A DNA stretch of 64,000 nt from Chrysomallon squamiferum (Eukaryota > Animalia > Mollusca). Within the stretch, counting starts at the first letter, position 1. Each line of letters begins with the position of its first letter. This document shows positions 26,369 through 42,353 of the stretch, piece after piece. Where the stretch lies: positions 18,910,001 to 18,974,000 of the forward strand of contig CM022665.1 in NCBI GenBank assembly GCA_012295275.1. The letters run 5' to 3'. A model generated the notes under the pieces. The model did not search any database and was not told where the DNA came from. It worked only from the letters and a program-made list of their open reading frames with translations. A program made the translations under genes and the position numbers.

Positions 26369-27654
26369 CGTTACAGCGACTGAGTCTTCTTAAATACAGT
26401 GGTCAACATAATATAAATAATAATATGCCTCCTTTTATTTTAAAATAAATAACTGCTTTCCCTGAAACATGTGTACAGTATGATGTTGAATAGTATATCT
26501 TCGATTGTTATGGCTAATTATTGACAAGATATACTACACTTTCAGACCTACCCAGAGAGAAGTAAAAATTATTCATTAATTTAAAATACGATATTATATG
26601 GTATGGTAGTTACAATGGCCTCTAACTCTAAGATTATTCTGGAGTTTAATACAGAAAGTGCTAACAATCCTAGGTCTAAGGATTACATACTAAAAAAAAA
26701 TATTAATAATAAAAAGGGGTTGATACGTCCATAAGGCCAGGAGTTCAAGCCATGATGACCCTATTTTAAATACCTGTCTTCGCACGTCTGTCTAGTACGA
26801 TAGTACTATTTGTCAGTCAGTTTATAAAATATACCTGGAAGAAAATAATGTAGCAAATAAACGTGAACAATTACAAGTAATGTATTTTAATTCCTCTTTT
26901 TTCTCTCTCTTTTCGACCGCTCGATTGTTTCCTCTTTCTTTCTTTCTATCATTTATTTATTTATTTCTCAACTTATTTATCTACTTACTTTTATTAATCT
27001 ATTCGTTTAGTTAGTTCATTCTTTCTTTTGCCTGTCGACATAATATTATATTTTCTAGGTATCTTCTGTATTAGTATATTTTCTAGGTATTTTCTGTATT
27101 AGTATAAAACATATATTATATGTAGATATCGTTTCAAATCATCATTTGAAGAAAAACATTGGTATTAAAAAATCAGACTAAAAAATAAGCCTTGTAAACA
27201 AAACTCCACTTAAATAAAGCCCCAGTGAAACAAAAACAAATCAACAAGAAGAAATAATAATAAAAGAAAATGAACCGGTAATAATAAAATAAAGAAACCA
27301 CAAAAGAAAAAAAGAAGAAAAGAAAGTCGTAAAACTAAGGTAAGTAATTTATATATTATCACAGTAAATAAATATCAATAAAGAGATGGGTTGTTACTTA
27401 GATACAGTTTTCAGTATTGTATTAGTCTCTAAAAAGCTAATTTACTTAAAAACTAAATTATATTTAATTATTTGAAGGCAGCAAAATAGACGGGTGAAAA
27501 GCAGGACGTACAAAGAGCGTTCGTTACTAACATGAGACAATTCCTTGCTTCCTTACAAAGTAAACAACTGCTGTAATAGTAGTCTCAGTAGTAGTAGTAG
27601 TAGAAGTCATATTTATTGTATTATGGTAGTAGCAGCAGCAGCAGCTGATGTACC

Positions 27655-28228
27655 AGTAGTATTTGTAACAATAGTAGTAGTATTTGTTATTGTAGTAGAG
27701 TATTTGTAATAATACTAGTAGTATTTGTTATTGTACTAGAGTATTTGTAACAATAGTAGTAGTATTTGTTATTGTACTAGAGTATTTGTAACAATAGTAG
27801 TAGTATTTGTTATTGTACTAGAGTATTTGTAAGAATAGTAGTAGTATTTGTTATTGTACTAGAGTATTTGTAACAATATTAGTAGTATTTGTCATTGTAC
27901 TAGAGTATTTGTAACAATACTAGAGTATTTGTAACAATAGTAGTAGTATTTGTTATTGTACTAGAGTATTTGTTATTGTACTAGAGTATTTGTAACAATA
28001 GTAGTAGTATTTGTTATTGTACTAGAGTATTTGTAACAATAGTAGTAGTATTTGTCATTGTACTAGAGTATTTGTTATTGTACTAGAGTATTTGTAACAA
28101 TACTAGAGTATTTGTAACAATACTAGTAGTATTTGTTATTGTACTAGAGTATTTGTAACAATACTAGTGGTATTTGTTATTGTTCTAGAGTATTTGTAAC
28201 AATATTAGTAGTATTTGCAACAGTACTG
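27655..28228. repeat. 41-bp minisatellite before K2 (unit A3)
   Basis: Same subunits as 1-626, long array. Confidence 0.9.
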
Positions 28229-28276
28229 GTGTTAAATTATTAAATTACCAATAATTATGCGTCTTATTTTTTGCAG

Positions 28277-28482
28277 TGTGTGGACTGCCTAAAGTTGTCG
28301 GTCCATGTCGTGCTGCTTTTAGAAGGTACTTCTACAACAGCAGCACTGGCACGTGCCAACTCTTTATTTATGGTGGTTGCCGAGGAAACCGAAACAACTT
28401 CCGGTCGTTGGCAATGTGTTATCGACGATGTGGTGGACAGGGCATGATTTTCGGAAGACGCTATAGATACGACGATGACTAA
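28277..28482 (+). CDS. Kunitz exon K2 of gene A3
   Basis: TTTTTTGCAG| phase 1; [13 protein letters not shown]... (one R>G change plus synonymous CTG/TTG, GCG/GCA, TAC/TAT); AATAAA downstream. Confidence 0.88.
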
Positions 28483-29672
28483 ATCATCAACGACTGTAAA
28501 TGATGTAAAAACAAAGGTGTGATAAGTCTATGATTAATAAATGATCATCTGTGATATTTGTTTATTGTTTATGTAGTTTGAATGAATACGATGATATCAT
28601 TGTGAAGAAAAATAAAACCACAATATTACATATATATCCATATGCGAGTTAGTATCCTATTTTTTTGTATGTGTGTGTATGGTGTGTCTGTGAGTATTTA
28701 TGTGCATCTTTGTGTTTGATCGTTTGAATATATATATGTGTGTGTGAATGCACGCATACACAAATACCATTCACACAGACGCACATACCCATACAGACAC
28801 ACGTACATGTACATACATACCACACTCTAATAAAATAGAATATCTTAATAAAACAGCTGCAAAGCCACTTTCCTTTAACATAACTTCAGAAACCAGGACA
28901 TGTTTTTAGAAGTGGAGACATTAATACATGTCGGTCTCTGTTCAAAATTAATTGCTATGCTTACCGTATTAACCTTGACTCTGTAAATATAACAGATAAG
29001 TTAAAACAAACAGGGTTATACGTTAATTTTAGTGCAATAGTATCAACGACCGCATATATGTATATGTATCTATGTATGTATATGTGTATGTATGCCTATA
29101 TTTGCGTTTAAGCTGATTGTAACAATTCTTAAAATATTATTCTTTATTTTCAGTGTCTGTATTTGTTGATGATTTAATAGCCTGTATACATACAAATTGT
29201 TTAGTGGAGCTAAACGCAACACTATATATTCACATTCAAAACACTGCAAAACTTCCAACTAAGATTCAAACAGCAAAATGATCGTTTCCATTTCTTAAAG
29301 AAAAAAAAGAAAGAAAAACTAAGATAAACGCAGACAGCTACACATGAAACTGTCGTACAGTTTAATGACAATATGATATTAAGGAGAAATGTCCAGTTAA
29401 AGCTCAACATGTTAAATGAATCACAATGACAAATATGACGGACATGGATGTCTTACAGTTTTTTCACGAGTGATCGTTTTCAAAAGTTTCTCCAATTTAT
29501 TGCTGAAAATATTTATAAAGATAAAATATAAAATTGCTTCTTCTTAAATATTGTTTATATATAAAATAATTGAGTACATTTTTTTCATGACTGATCGTTT
29601 TTAACATTATCTTCAATTTATTACTAAAAGAAAAATAGATAAATAAATATTAAAAGCTTACGATAATAAAAC

Positions 29673-29777
29673 ATTGCACATCAGATGGCAATTGATGCTG
29701 AGAGATATAGGAATACTGAGAGAGCAGAAAGAATATGTATACTATGTAACAGTGGTGAGACTAAAGACGAGATTGAA
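29673..29777 (+). mobile_element. Short LINE ORF2 C-terminal (zinc-knuckle region) relic
   Basis: Hand translation IAHQMAIDAERYRNTERAERICILCNSGETKDEIE resembles the HxLxIETGRY...RxCxxC...EDExH motif at the end of non-LTR retrotransposon ORF2. Confidence 0.7.
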
Positions 29778-29819
29778 AATAAGAAATCACTGTGATTTCA
29801 TGAATAGCTATCAGGCAGA

Positions 29820-29962
29820 ATGTCAAACAACACCAACCAAAATCCACTCATTTGACCTAATTCCTGGAAATTTTAGTCATTAGGCCAAACGCTTGACGAT
29901 CTTGGGCATTAGGCTAAGTGCCTAAACATTTCAGGCTTTAGGCCAAATGACTGGTTTGACAT
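29820..29962. mobile_element. Possible small MITE-like element
   Basis: ATGTCAAAC at 29820-29828 and its reverse complement GTTTGACAT at 29954-29962, with internal TTAGGC repeats. The TIR is short and no clear TSD was found. Confidence 0.3.
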
Positions 29963-30881
29963 ATCGACTATAACAGATATATACACACATACACATATGT
30001 ATCTCTGTATATATGCATGCAAATGTATGTTTCTCCATATATATATTCACAAACACACACACATTTAAAATGTGTCTTATTTCTCAGCCTCTCTATAAAC
30101 ATGTTGCTAAATGTAACTGTTGCTTTGAATTCTCATTCAAAACATCGCAAAACTTCGAATTACAATTCAAACAGCAAAATAGTCGTTTCGTTTTATTAAA
30201 TTTACAAAGAAAGACTAAAATAAACGTCTACATATGAAACTGTCAAAGTGTCATGTAGTTTGAAGACAATATGACACGTAATTTGTTGTACATTAAGTTG
30301 ACAATATCCGAGTGTCCAGTGTAAGGTCAACATGTTAAATGAATCACAATGACAAATATGATGGACATGGATGTGACTACAGTTGTTTTCACGAGTGATC
30401 GTTTTCAAAACATTCTCCAATTTTTTACTGAAAATATATATCAAAATAAAATATTATTTATATATAAAAGAATTAAATAAAAGAATGAAAAAGTGAATGA
30501 ATGAACAAATAAATAAATACACACTTTTATCATTATATCTGAGTAGAAAACACAAAAACATTTATAACAGACAATCTTCTTTTGTTTTGGAATTATAAGA
30601 TATTATAATATATGTAATGATTACATTATTATTTACAACCAAACGACACTGGTGGGTATATATATATATATATACATATATGCGTGTGTGTCTATTATGA
30701 CAATAAGAGAAAATAAATTTTAACAAATAGTGTTAATAACGATAGAATTTCACATAGCTATAAATCTGTTAGGAGCGCGTGCCATGTCGTATTTGACCAA
30801 CTGGTCACCTGAGATGACCGTTCACCTGGAGGACAGAAAAGAAAAATATCACAGTGACCGTTTAAAATTGTTTTTCTTTTC

Positions 30882-30947
30882 TATATAAGTAAGACGTTTT
30901 AAAATTAGCTTCATTAGTCTCTAGTAGCAGCTACTGCTGATTCTACT
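30882..30947 (+). promoter_or_regulatory. Candidate TATA box and non-coding exon 1 of gene B1
   Basis: TATATAAG at 30882-30889, Inr-like TCATT at 30911, donor GTAAGT at 30948. Conserved in all five B copies (TATA at 38748; minus-strand 46519-46526, 53007-53014, 58911-58918). Confidence 0.7.
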
Positions 30948-31189
30948 GTAAGTAACATTTCTTTCATTTTAGTGTGTCTGTTATTGTACGTAGATTTGTA
31001 CGTACGTATGTATTTGTTATTATGTTTATATTTCTAAGAATTAGTCTCTAGCAGCAGTAAAACAAATTTTGATATTAGTGTGTCTGTTATTGTACTTGGA
31101 TTTTTATATTTGTCTGTATGCATACTACTATCAAGTCATATGTATTTTGCATATCTGTGTGTACAAGTCTGAGTGTATGTGCATATATG

Positions 31190-31269
<80 letters not shown>

Positions 31270-31352
31270 TGACTGTGTGTAAGTGAATTTATTCTAAAAT
31301 TACTGAATTTACAGTTCGTACTATAAATCCCTGTTACAGGATTATTACAAAG

Positions 31353-32828
<1,476 letters not shown>

Positions 32829-33029
32829 GAGCCGTATCGGTTATGAAATGAAGTCAAGATAGTTTTCAATTTAATAAATTGAGTTGTTCGTTTTTCAATT
32901 TTGTTTTTAATTCTTATCTGTTAATTAGTTAGCGATACGGATGTGGTGCTTTTTGTTGAGTTTATTATTATCATTATTATTATTGCTGTTATCATGATCA
33001 TCATCATCGTCGTCATTATCATTATCATT

Positions 33030-33690
33030 TGAATAAACTCTGCTAAACCGAACCCTCTGTAAACCGAATTCCCCTTCAGAACCCAGCTTACTTCCTGGTC
33101 CTATGAGGTACAGAGCTTTAAGTAGTGAAAATAATCCCTGAAAACAGAAAACCCTGTACTCTCAATACCAAACACACTGCCAAGTCCTGTTGTGTTTATT
33201 TAATACAAATTGTACTTCTGACAGTCAGAAACATGCAACATATGTTGACTGTCTAAACCATATAAATTAGTTGTCCAAGGTTCTGAAAACACTGACACAC
33301 GCATGCTCAGTGTAGCATTTCTTGGTTGTTGTGATTGATCGCCTCATAGCTGTTTGATTATCCTTTGAACAGCTTTTGTCATTTAAAGAACTTATGTTTG
33401 TATCAGAAATAAACATGTGTACTCTGTTCATTAGAAAGGAGATTAGAATCTCTTCCAAAAAAAGTGTTTCTCTTCCTACCTAATGAGTTTATATAAGCCA
33501 CCATCAAGCAGCCATTATTTTAGTTGTTTCTATCTCACAGTTTTCATTCAGTCAAATTAATAATTCCGAATTAGCTGCTGTAAATTTCGAAATTAAATTA
33601 AAAACATTTTATTTCCATATCCTATATCTTAATAAACCGAACAACTGATTCGGTACCAATGTTTTCATTTTAGAGCAGATTCTCTGTATA
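33030..33690. mobile_element. Possible old non-autonomous DNA transposon
   Basis: Repeated TAAACCGAA subterminal motifs at both ends and a right end ...TTTAGAGCAGATTCTCTGTA. The left TIR is poorly preserved. Confidence 0.3.
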
Positions 33691-33712
33691 TATATCAAGT
33701 GGCCGAAAACGT

Positions 33713-33910
33713 TCAAGCGTTTTTTAGAAGTCCGCAAAAATAGAGCCAATCAGCGAATAGAATCTTTTCCCAACGAGATTCAAACTTAAATATCTCTTTT
33801 ATAAAAGTCTTAAGACTTAGATGAATTTCTGACTCGAGTATTGAGTATGTGGTTGTATAAGGACAGAAAAGATTATAATTTGTCGGTGACGTGTCGGCTG
33901 GATGTGGCAA
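33713..33910 (-). mobile_element. Degenerate mariner transposase C-terminal fragment
   Basis: PHPADTSPTNYNLF and KEIFKFESRWEKILFADWLYF resemble the PHPPYSPDLAPSDYHLF and GIxxLxxRWxKxxxxxGxYF motifs. Copies at 43491-43688, 49860-50057 and ~56150-56354. Confidence 0.55.
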
Positions 33911-34249
33911 CGTACAGTACTAAGCTTAAGTTACACAGAACAAGAAATAACTGGTCGTGCACTGACCTGAAGGATGACGACATTCTGAGATTAATCGTCA
34001 CGGGACACCTGCGGGTCATTTTGTGTTCGATTTCTGCTGCAGTAAACACCCGGATGTGATCGTAGTCTGGTGAGAAATAATCTACAGTTTCCTTTATGCC
34101 GACTGTTGACAGTGTTCCCATTCTTAAGGACCATAATCAGATCGTCTGATTTTTCGACCGATGTGTCATTATACTTTCGTATAAAGGAGTAATGTTGGTA
34201 CGAGTGATATATTATAAGCAGTGTGTTCAACTACTGGCTACATTTCAAA

Positions 34250-34790
34250 CCAAAATTCAGCATATCTCTTACCTTTGTCAGCATTTATCTACTTGTAAAA
34301 CCGTTTGTAAAGTTAATGGTGAAGGTGCTGTAGGTGAATCATCGATTCGGAGACAGTTTAAAATATTCAGGTTGTGTGATTTCAGCAGAGATGTTGGAAG
34401 TTCCAAAGCGTACTGATCACGAACACTTAGGGAAACTTGGGTACATTTCCCACTATTACGTGTTGGTCCCTCACAACTTGTCAGATAAAACCTGCATTAA
34501 CCACTATTTCATTTGCAACATGCTCTTAAAACGCAATGAAACTGAACCTTTTTTGAAGAGATTGGTGAATGGAGATGAAACATGGATGTCTACTATAGCA
34601 TGGCGCGGAAAGAATTCTGTTGTTTGCGTGAAAATCCACCAATACATGTGTCAAACAGGAACATTCATGCAAAAAAGGTTAATTTTTTGTGTCTGGTTGG
34701 ATTTCAAAGGCATTATTTACTAAAATAAATTCGTATTATTTGAGTTCTTGTTCAGAACAGGACAATTCAAAAATACTGATCTCAATTAAA
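34250..34790 (+). mobile_element. Degenerate mariner (Tc1/mariner) transposase fragment
   Basis: VCKVNGEGAVGESSIRRQFKIFR (HTH), VLVPHNL (WVPHEL-like), FLKRLVNGDETW (first catalytic Asp) and CVWLDFKGIIY; frameshifted and deleted. Confidence 0.88.
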
Positions 34791-37003
34791 ATAAATTTTA
34801 AATTTGGATAATTTATACAGTTGAAAATGATTAATGTTTTAGGAGAAAATCTCAGTTTTCAATGAATTTTTTACTTAGATGCAAATGTTTCTAATCTGAT
34901 CATTATAGAAATAAGCGACGTCATTGTCACAGACATGCAGTATAAATTTACATACTACCACAACAGTATTACTATACGTAATATGTAAAGTTATAAATGA
35001 GGAACAGTGTAAAATTAGGTCTTGACAGTACATTTAATTCGCAATGTATTATTATTATGATTATTATTATTATTATTATTTTGTCGACAGTCTCAGATTA
35101 ATTTTAAAATATCATTGCAGATATGAATGCACGATGAGACACACTCACACATACACAGAGATCAAAGAACATTAACATGCACCGAGACATCTACATGTCA
35201 TTAACGTACAGATATATATATATACATATGTGCAGGCAAAGGGTCCTGTACGTACAGAAATTCGAACGCACATCTACATACATATATATCTACAAAGATA
35301 ATTACATACTTCCGCCCGAGAACTCGTCTGCATACAATATTACTGAAAGTAGCATTACGTCATCTTATTGTAAAAATGGTGGAAACGAAGGAAATTCCTA
35401 ATCCAAGATGTCTTCTTATTGTACATATGACAACAGTAAGAGTATCCCTGATAAAACTCTAGCTTCGTACTCTTGGCTTAATTAATTCACATGACTTGTA
35501 CTCGTAAACAATGCAGTGACGTTATTTCATTGTTACACAACAGACATGCGATTTTTCATTTTACTAACGTACAGTTATATGTACATATGTGCAGGCAGAC
35601 GGTCGCGTACATACAACACTCGAATGCACATCTACATACATATGTATATGTAACTACCTAAATATTCTAGTACACCGGTCTGTGTGTGTGTTTGCGTACA
35701 TGTGTGATTGTGTGTGTGTGTCCGCATAATAGATGGCGTCACGTCATTTTATTATAAAACCTGTGTGTGTTTTTGTCCGCAAAAATAGAGCCAAAAGCGA
35801 AGATTTCCCACGCCATTTTATTATAGAAAACCAGAAAAGATTGACATGTCGTCTGGATGTGACTATGTTAAGATACAGATGCGTGGATTAATTGTCACGA
35901 GATACCTGCGTGTCATCTTGTGTTCGATTTCCTGTAAACACCTGGTCTCTGCGTTTACAAAATCGTAATAGAACAGCAGCTATGTTATATTTAGGAATAA
36001 ACGTAAAATACATTTTTATAGTAGGTGCTGGTAAAATAGTTCATTTAGGTGATTTTCACAGAACAGGTTATAAACGAAATACATTTTTATAGTAGGTGCT
36101 GGAGTCTCATGATTTTAGGCGAAGCAAACACTGTACATGCATGAATACGCAGAAAATTATATATCATTTAGAATCGGGTAAATAAATTATTTTTAGCAAG
36201 CTGAACTTGATCATTTCTTTTTCAGATGGTGCCTCAAAACCAGTTTATCAAATGTCTACCATAAAAGCTCACAGAAAATATCGTTGAATTATTTCTTACA
36301 CCATTTGCATTTAAAGATCTATAAAAATCGTTATTACTAAATATATTTAGGCATAATTACAGAAACAACTATTTCTAAGTTTTTAATTCACAGACACAGC
36401 TTATATTAAATGTTTTCTACGGTTTAAATATTTATCTGTTTGTCTATAAATCTGTTTTACCTGTGTGTCAAACATTTTCTTTGTTCTTTTTTCTTTTCTT
36501 TTTTCACTTTTTGTCACTTTCTCGCAAATGTTTGTTTTATTGGAAGATTTTCAACTTTTTTAGATACTGAAGTCAAAAACTTCTAAAACACTGAACGTTC
36601 TTGACCTTTACATAAATCAAACTTGAGTACGTTATAGTTTTGTATGTGTGCAGTGTTTCTATGTGTATATGTAAAATTGATTCCGTAAATAAATAAATAA
36701 ATAAATAGTATTAATAAAACTATATATTATTAATAAAAAAAATAACAGACAAATAAAATAGAAAGAAATGAAATTAAAAATCAAATACTGATCACAGGAA
36801 TAACATTATCGTGGAAATTTAAAATGTTAAAACACTCGTTGGTAAATTTTGAAAACAGAATAAAAGTTTCTCCGCATTACTCAGAGTTACAAAGATCACA
36901 AGGTAACGAAATTTTAATTGTTTTTTCTACATACACCTGACATTCGGATGTTTTAATAGCGACGGTTTGGAGACGTTTTGCAGTCATTAATATTTTTAAT
37001 ATA

Positions 37004-37047
<44 letters not shown>

Positions 37048-37234
37048 TATATTTTCGCACAGCATTTTGTAGTTACTAATGTTTTCAATGTAGCTTTTGG
37101 GTGATTATTATCTTTAAATATAGCGATTATCATTTATTATTATTATTATGTATTACTATTATTATTATCATTTATTATCATTCATATTGTTCTTCGTGTT
37201 GTTGTTGTTGTTATTATTATTAATATTAATATTA

Positions 37235-37267
<33 letters not shown>

Positions 37268-37739
37268 TACTACACATACACAGGTTACAATGGTACTGTT
37301 AGAAGCTTTGAACTCGGATTCAGATGAAAGTTATCGCGTTAAGATCAAGACTAAGGCAGTAGGATTCCGATGAAATAAAAACTTTGTAAAAATAAATTGA
37401 ATCAAGTCTTAGATATCTCTCATTAAATTTGTCAATAGGAAAAGTTACTATTAAACAGACGTCAGTCATACCTTTCTTATGTAGCTACAATACAACAGAC
37501 GAAACACAACATCGACTAGTAATAATAATAATAATAACGTGAAGAAATTAATGAACAAAAGACTAAATCAACAAATTAAACGAGTAAAACTGACAAACAA
37601 TTGTGAAGTTAGTATGTACAGAGAATTTATACTTCAACAATAATTTGTGCAAGATACAGAATTTTATTTTAAATATATAGAGTATACGTATGTATGTATT
37701 ATGTAGGCCATATGCCACATGCTTGTATGAATGTTACCA

Positions 37740-37794
<55 letters not shown>

Positions 37795-39063
37795 CATAAA
37801 ACATACATACACATATATATCTATGTATTTATGCATCCAAATGTATGTTTCTCCATATATAAATTCACAAACACACACACACTTGTAAAATGTGTCTTAT
37901 TTGTGAGCCTCTCTATAAACATGTTGCTAAATGTAACTGTTGCTTTGAATTCTCATTCAAAACATCGCAAAACTTCGAATTACGATTCAAACAGCAAAAT
38001 GGTCGTTTCGTTTTATTAAATTTACAGAGAAAGACTAAAATAAACGTCTACATATGAAACTGTCAAAGTGTCATGTAGTTTGAAGACAATATGACACGTA
38101 ATTTGTTGTACATTAAGTTGACAATATCCGAGTGTCCAGTGTAAGGTCAACATGTTAAATGAATCACAATGACAAATATGATGGACATGGATGTGACTAC
38201 AGTTTTTTTCACGAGTGATCGTTTTCAAAACATTCTCCAATTTTTTTACTGAAAATATATATCAAAATAAAATATTATTTATATATAAAATAATTAAATA
38301 AATAAAAGAATGAAAAAGTGAATGAATGAATAAATAAATAAATAAATATTTCATCATTATATCTGAGTAGAAAACACAAAAACAATTAATACAGACAATT
38401 TTCTTTTGTTTTGGAATTATAAGATATTATAATATATGTAATGATTACATTATTATTTATAAAATACATATGTCTACATACTAATATGCATACAGACAAA
38501 TATAAATATGTAAGTACAATAACAGACATACTAATATCAAATTTGTTTTATGTATATGTTTTATGACAATAGGAGAAAATAAATTTGAGCAAATAGTGTT
38601 AATAACGATAGAATTTCACATAGCTATAAATCTGTTAGGAGCGCGTGCCATGTCATATTTGACCAACTGGTCACCTGAGATGACCGTTCACCTGGAGGAC
38701 AGAAAAGAAAAATATCACAGTGACCATTTAAAATTGTTTTTCTTTTCTATATAAGTAAGACGTTTTAAAATTAGCTTCATTAGTCTCTAGTAGCAGCTAC
38801 TGCTGATTCTACTGTAAGTAACATTTCTTTCATTTTAGTGTGTCTGTTATTGTACGTAGATTTGTACGTACGTATGTATTTGTTATTATGTTTATATTTC
38901 TAAGAATTAGTCTCTAGTAGCAGTAAAACAAATTTGATATTAGTGTGTCTGTTATTGTACTTAGATATTTATATTTGTCTGTATGCATACTACTATCAAG
39001 TCATATGTATTGTGCATATCTGTGTGTACAAGTCTGAGTGTATGTGCATATATGTACATGTGT

Positions 39064-39124
<61 letters not shown>

Positions 39125-39207
39125 TGACTGTGTGTAAGTGAATTTATTCTAAAATTACTGAATTTACAGTTCGTACTATAAATCCCTGTTACAGGATTAT
39201 TACAAAG

Positions 39208-40704
<1,497 letters not shown>

Positions 40705-40982
40705 GAACCGTATCGGTTATGAAATGAAGTCAAGATAGTTTTCAATTTAATAAATTGAGTTGTTCGTTTTTCAGTTTTGTTTTTAATTCTTATCTATTAA
40801 TTAGTTAACGATACGGATGTGGTGCTTTTTGTTGAGTTTATTATTATCATTATTATTATTGCTGTTATCATCATCATCATCATCGTCGTCATTATCATTA
40901 TCATTTGAATACGCTCTGCTAAACCGAACCCTCTGTAAACCGAATTCCCCTTCAGAACCGATTTTATTTCCTGGTCCTATGA

Positions 40983-41092
40983 TGAATGAATGAAAAAAAT
41001 TAACGTGCTAATCAGAGCAAGCTGTTGTGAAGCACGTCTACGACAGGCACACTTTCTGACAGGTCAGCGGGCGTGTCTGTCGCAGAAAATTA
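40983..41092 (-). mobile_element. 110-bp SINE/LINE-tail-like insertion with 9-bp target-site duplication
   Basis: GTCCTATGA at 40974-40982 and 41093-41101, against a single GTCCTATGA at the paralogous empty site 33098-33106. (TGAA)n at the left end would be a (TTCA)n tail on the minus strand. Confidence 0.8.
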
Positions 41093-42285
41093 GTCCTATG
41101 AGGTACAGAGGTTTAAGCAGTGAAAATAATCCCTGAAAACAGAAAACCCTGTACTCTCAATACCAAACACACTGTCAAGTCCTGTTGTGTTTATTTAATA
41201 CAAATTGTACTTCTGACAGTCAGAAACATGCAACATATGTTGACTGTCTAAACTATATAAATTAGTTGTCCTAGGTTCTGAAAAAATTGACACACGCATG
41301 CTCAGTGTAGCATTTCTTGGTTGTTGTGATTGATCGCCTCATAGCTGTTTGATTATCCTTTGAAATAAACAGCGTTCATTTGTAATCTTTTCCAAAAAAT
41401 GAGTTATATAAGCCACCACCAAGCAGCCATTATTTTAGTTGTTTCTATCCCACAGTTTTCATTCAGCCAAATTAATCATTCCGAATTAGCTGCTGTAAAT
41501 TTCGAAATTAAATAAAAAACATTTTATTTCCATATCCTATTTTTTGATATCTTAGTAAACCGAACAACTGATTTGGTACCAATGTGTTTCATATATATCA
41601 ATAATATATTTCAAATAATTTATTTACCCGATTCTAAAAATTTTCTGCGTATTCATGCATGTACAGTGTTTGCTTGCTACACATGAGACTCGTATATAAC
41701 CTGTTCTGTGAAAATCACCTAAATGAACTATTACCAGCACCTACTATAAAAATGTATTTCGTTTATTCCTAAATATAACATAGCTGCTGTTCTATTACGA
41801 TTTTGCCATAAACGCATAGACTCAACGCATCTGTATCTTAACATAGTCACAGCACTGTCCAGTTTTATAATAAAATAAAGTGACGCCATCTTTTATGCGG
41901 ACACACACACAGACCGGTGTACTAGAATATTTAGGTAGTTACATATACATATGTATGTAGATGTGCATTCGATATGTATGTAGATGTACATATAACTGTA
42001 CGTTAGTAAAATGAAAAAATTTCTGTAACGTCACATTGTTTACAGGAACCCTTTACGAAGCCTAGAGTTTTATCAGGGATACTCTTACTGTTGTCATATG
42101 TATATATCTATATCTGTACATTTTTTAGATGACATGTAGATGTCAGACGAGTTCTGCATGTTAATGTTCTTTGATATATGTATGTAGTGTTCGAATTTCT
42201 GTGTACACGAGTTTGTCTCACATATGCATTCATATCTGCGTTAATGATATGTTTTAAAATTAATGTTCTTTGAGACTGTCGACAA

Positions 42286-42353
<68 letters not shown>

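Larger units (their letters stand above)
1..28569 (+). repeat. Tandem segmental duplication array carrying Kunitz gene family A (units ~9.7, 9.6, 8.3 kb; open at the left edge)
   Basis: The K2 ORF recurs at 673, 10367, 19992 and 28276 (spacing 9694, 9625, 8284), with near-identical intervening sequence. Similarity to the other units stops after ...GATATTTGTTTATTGTT at 28569. Confidence 0.95.
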
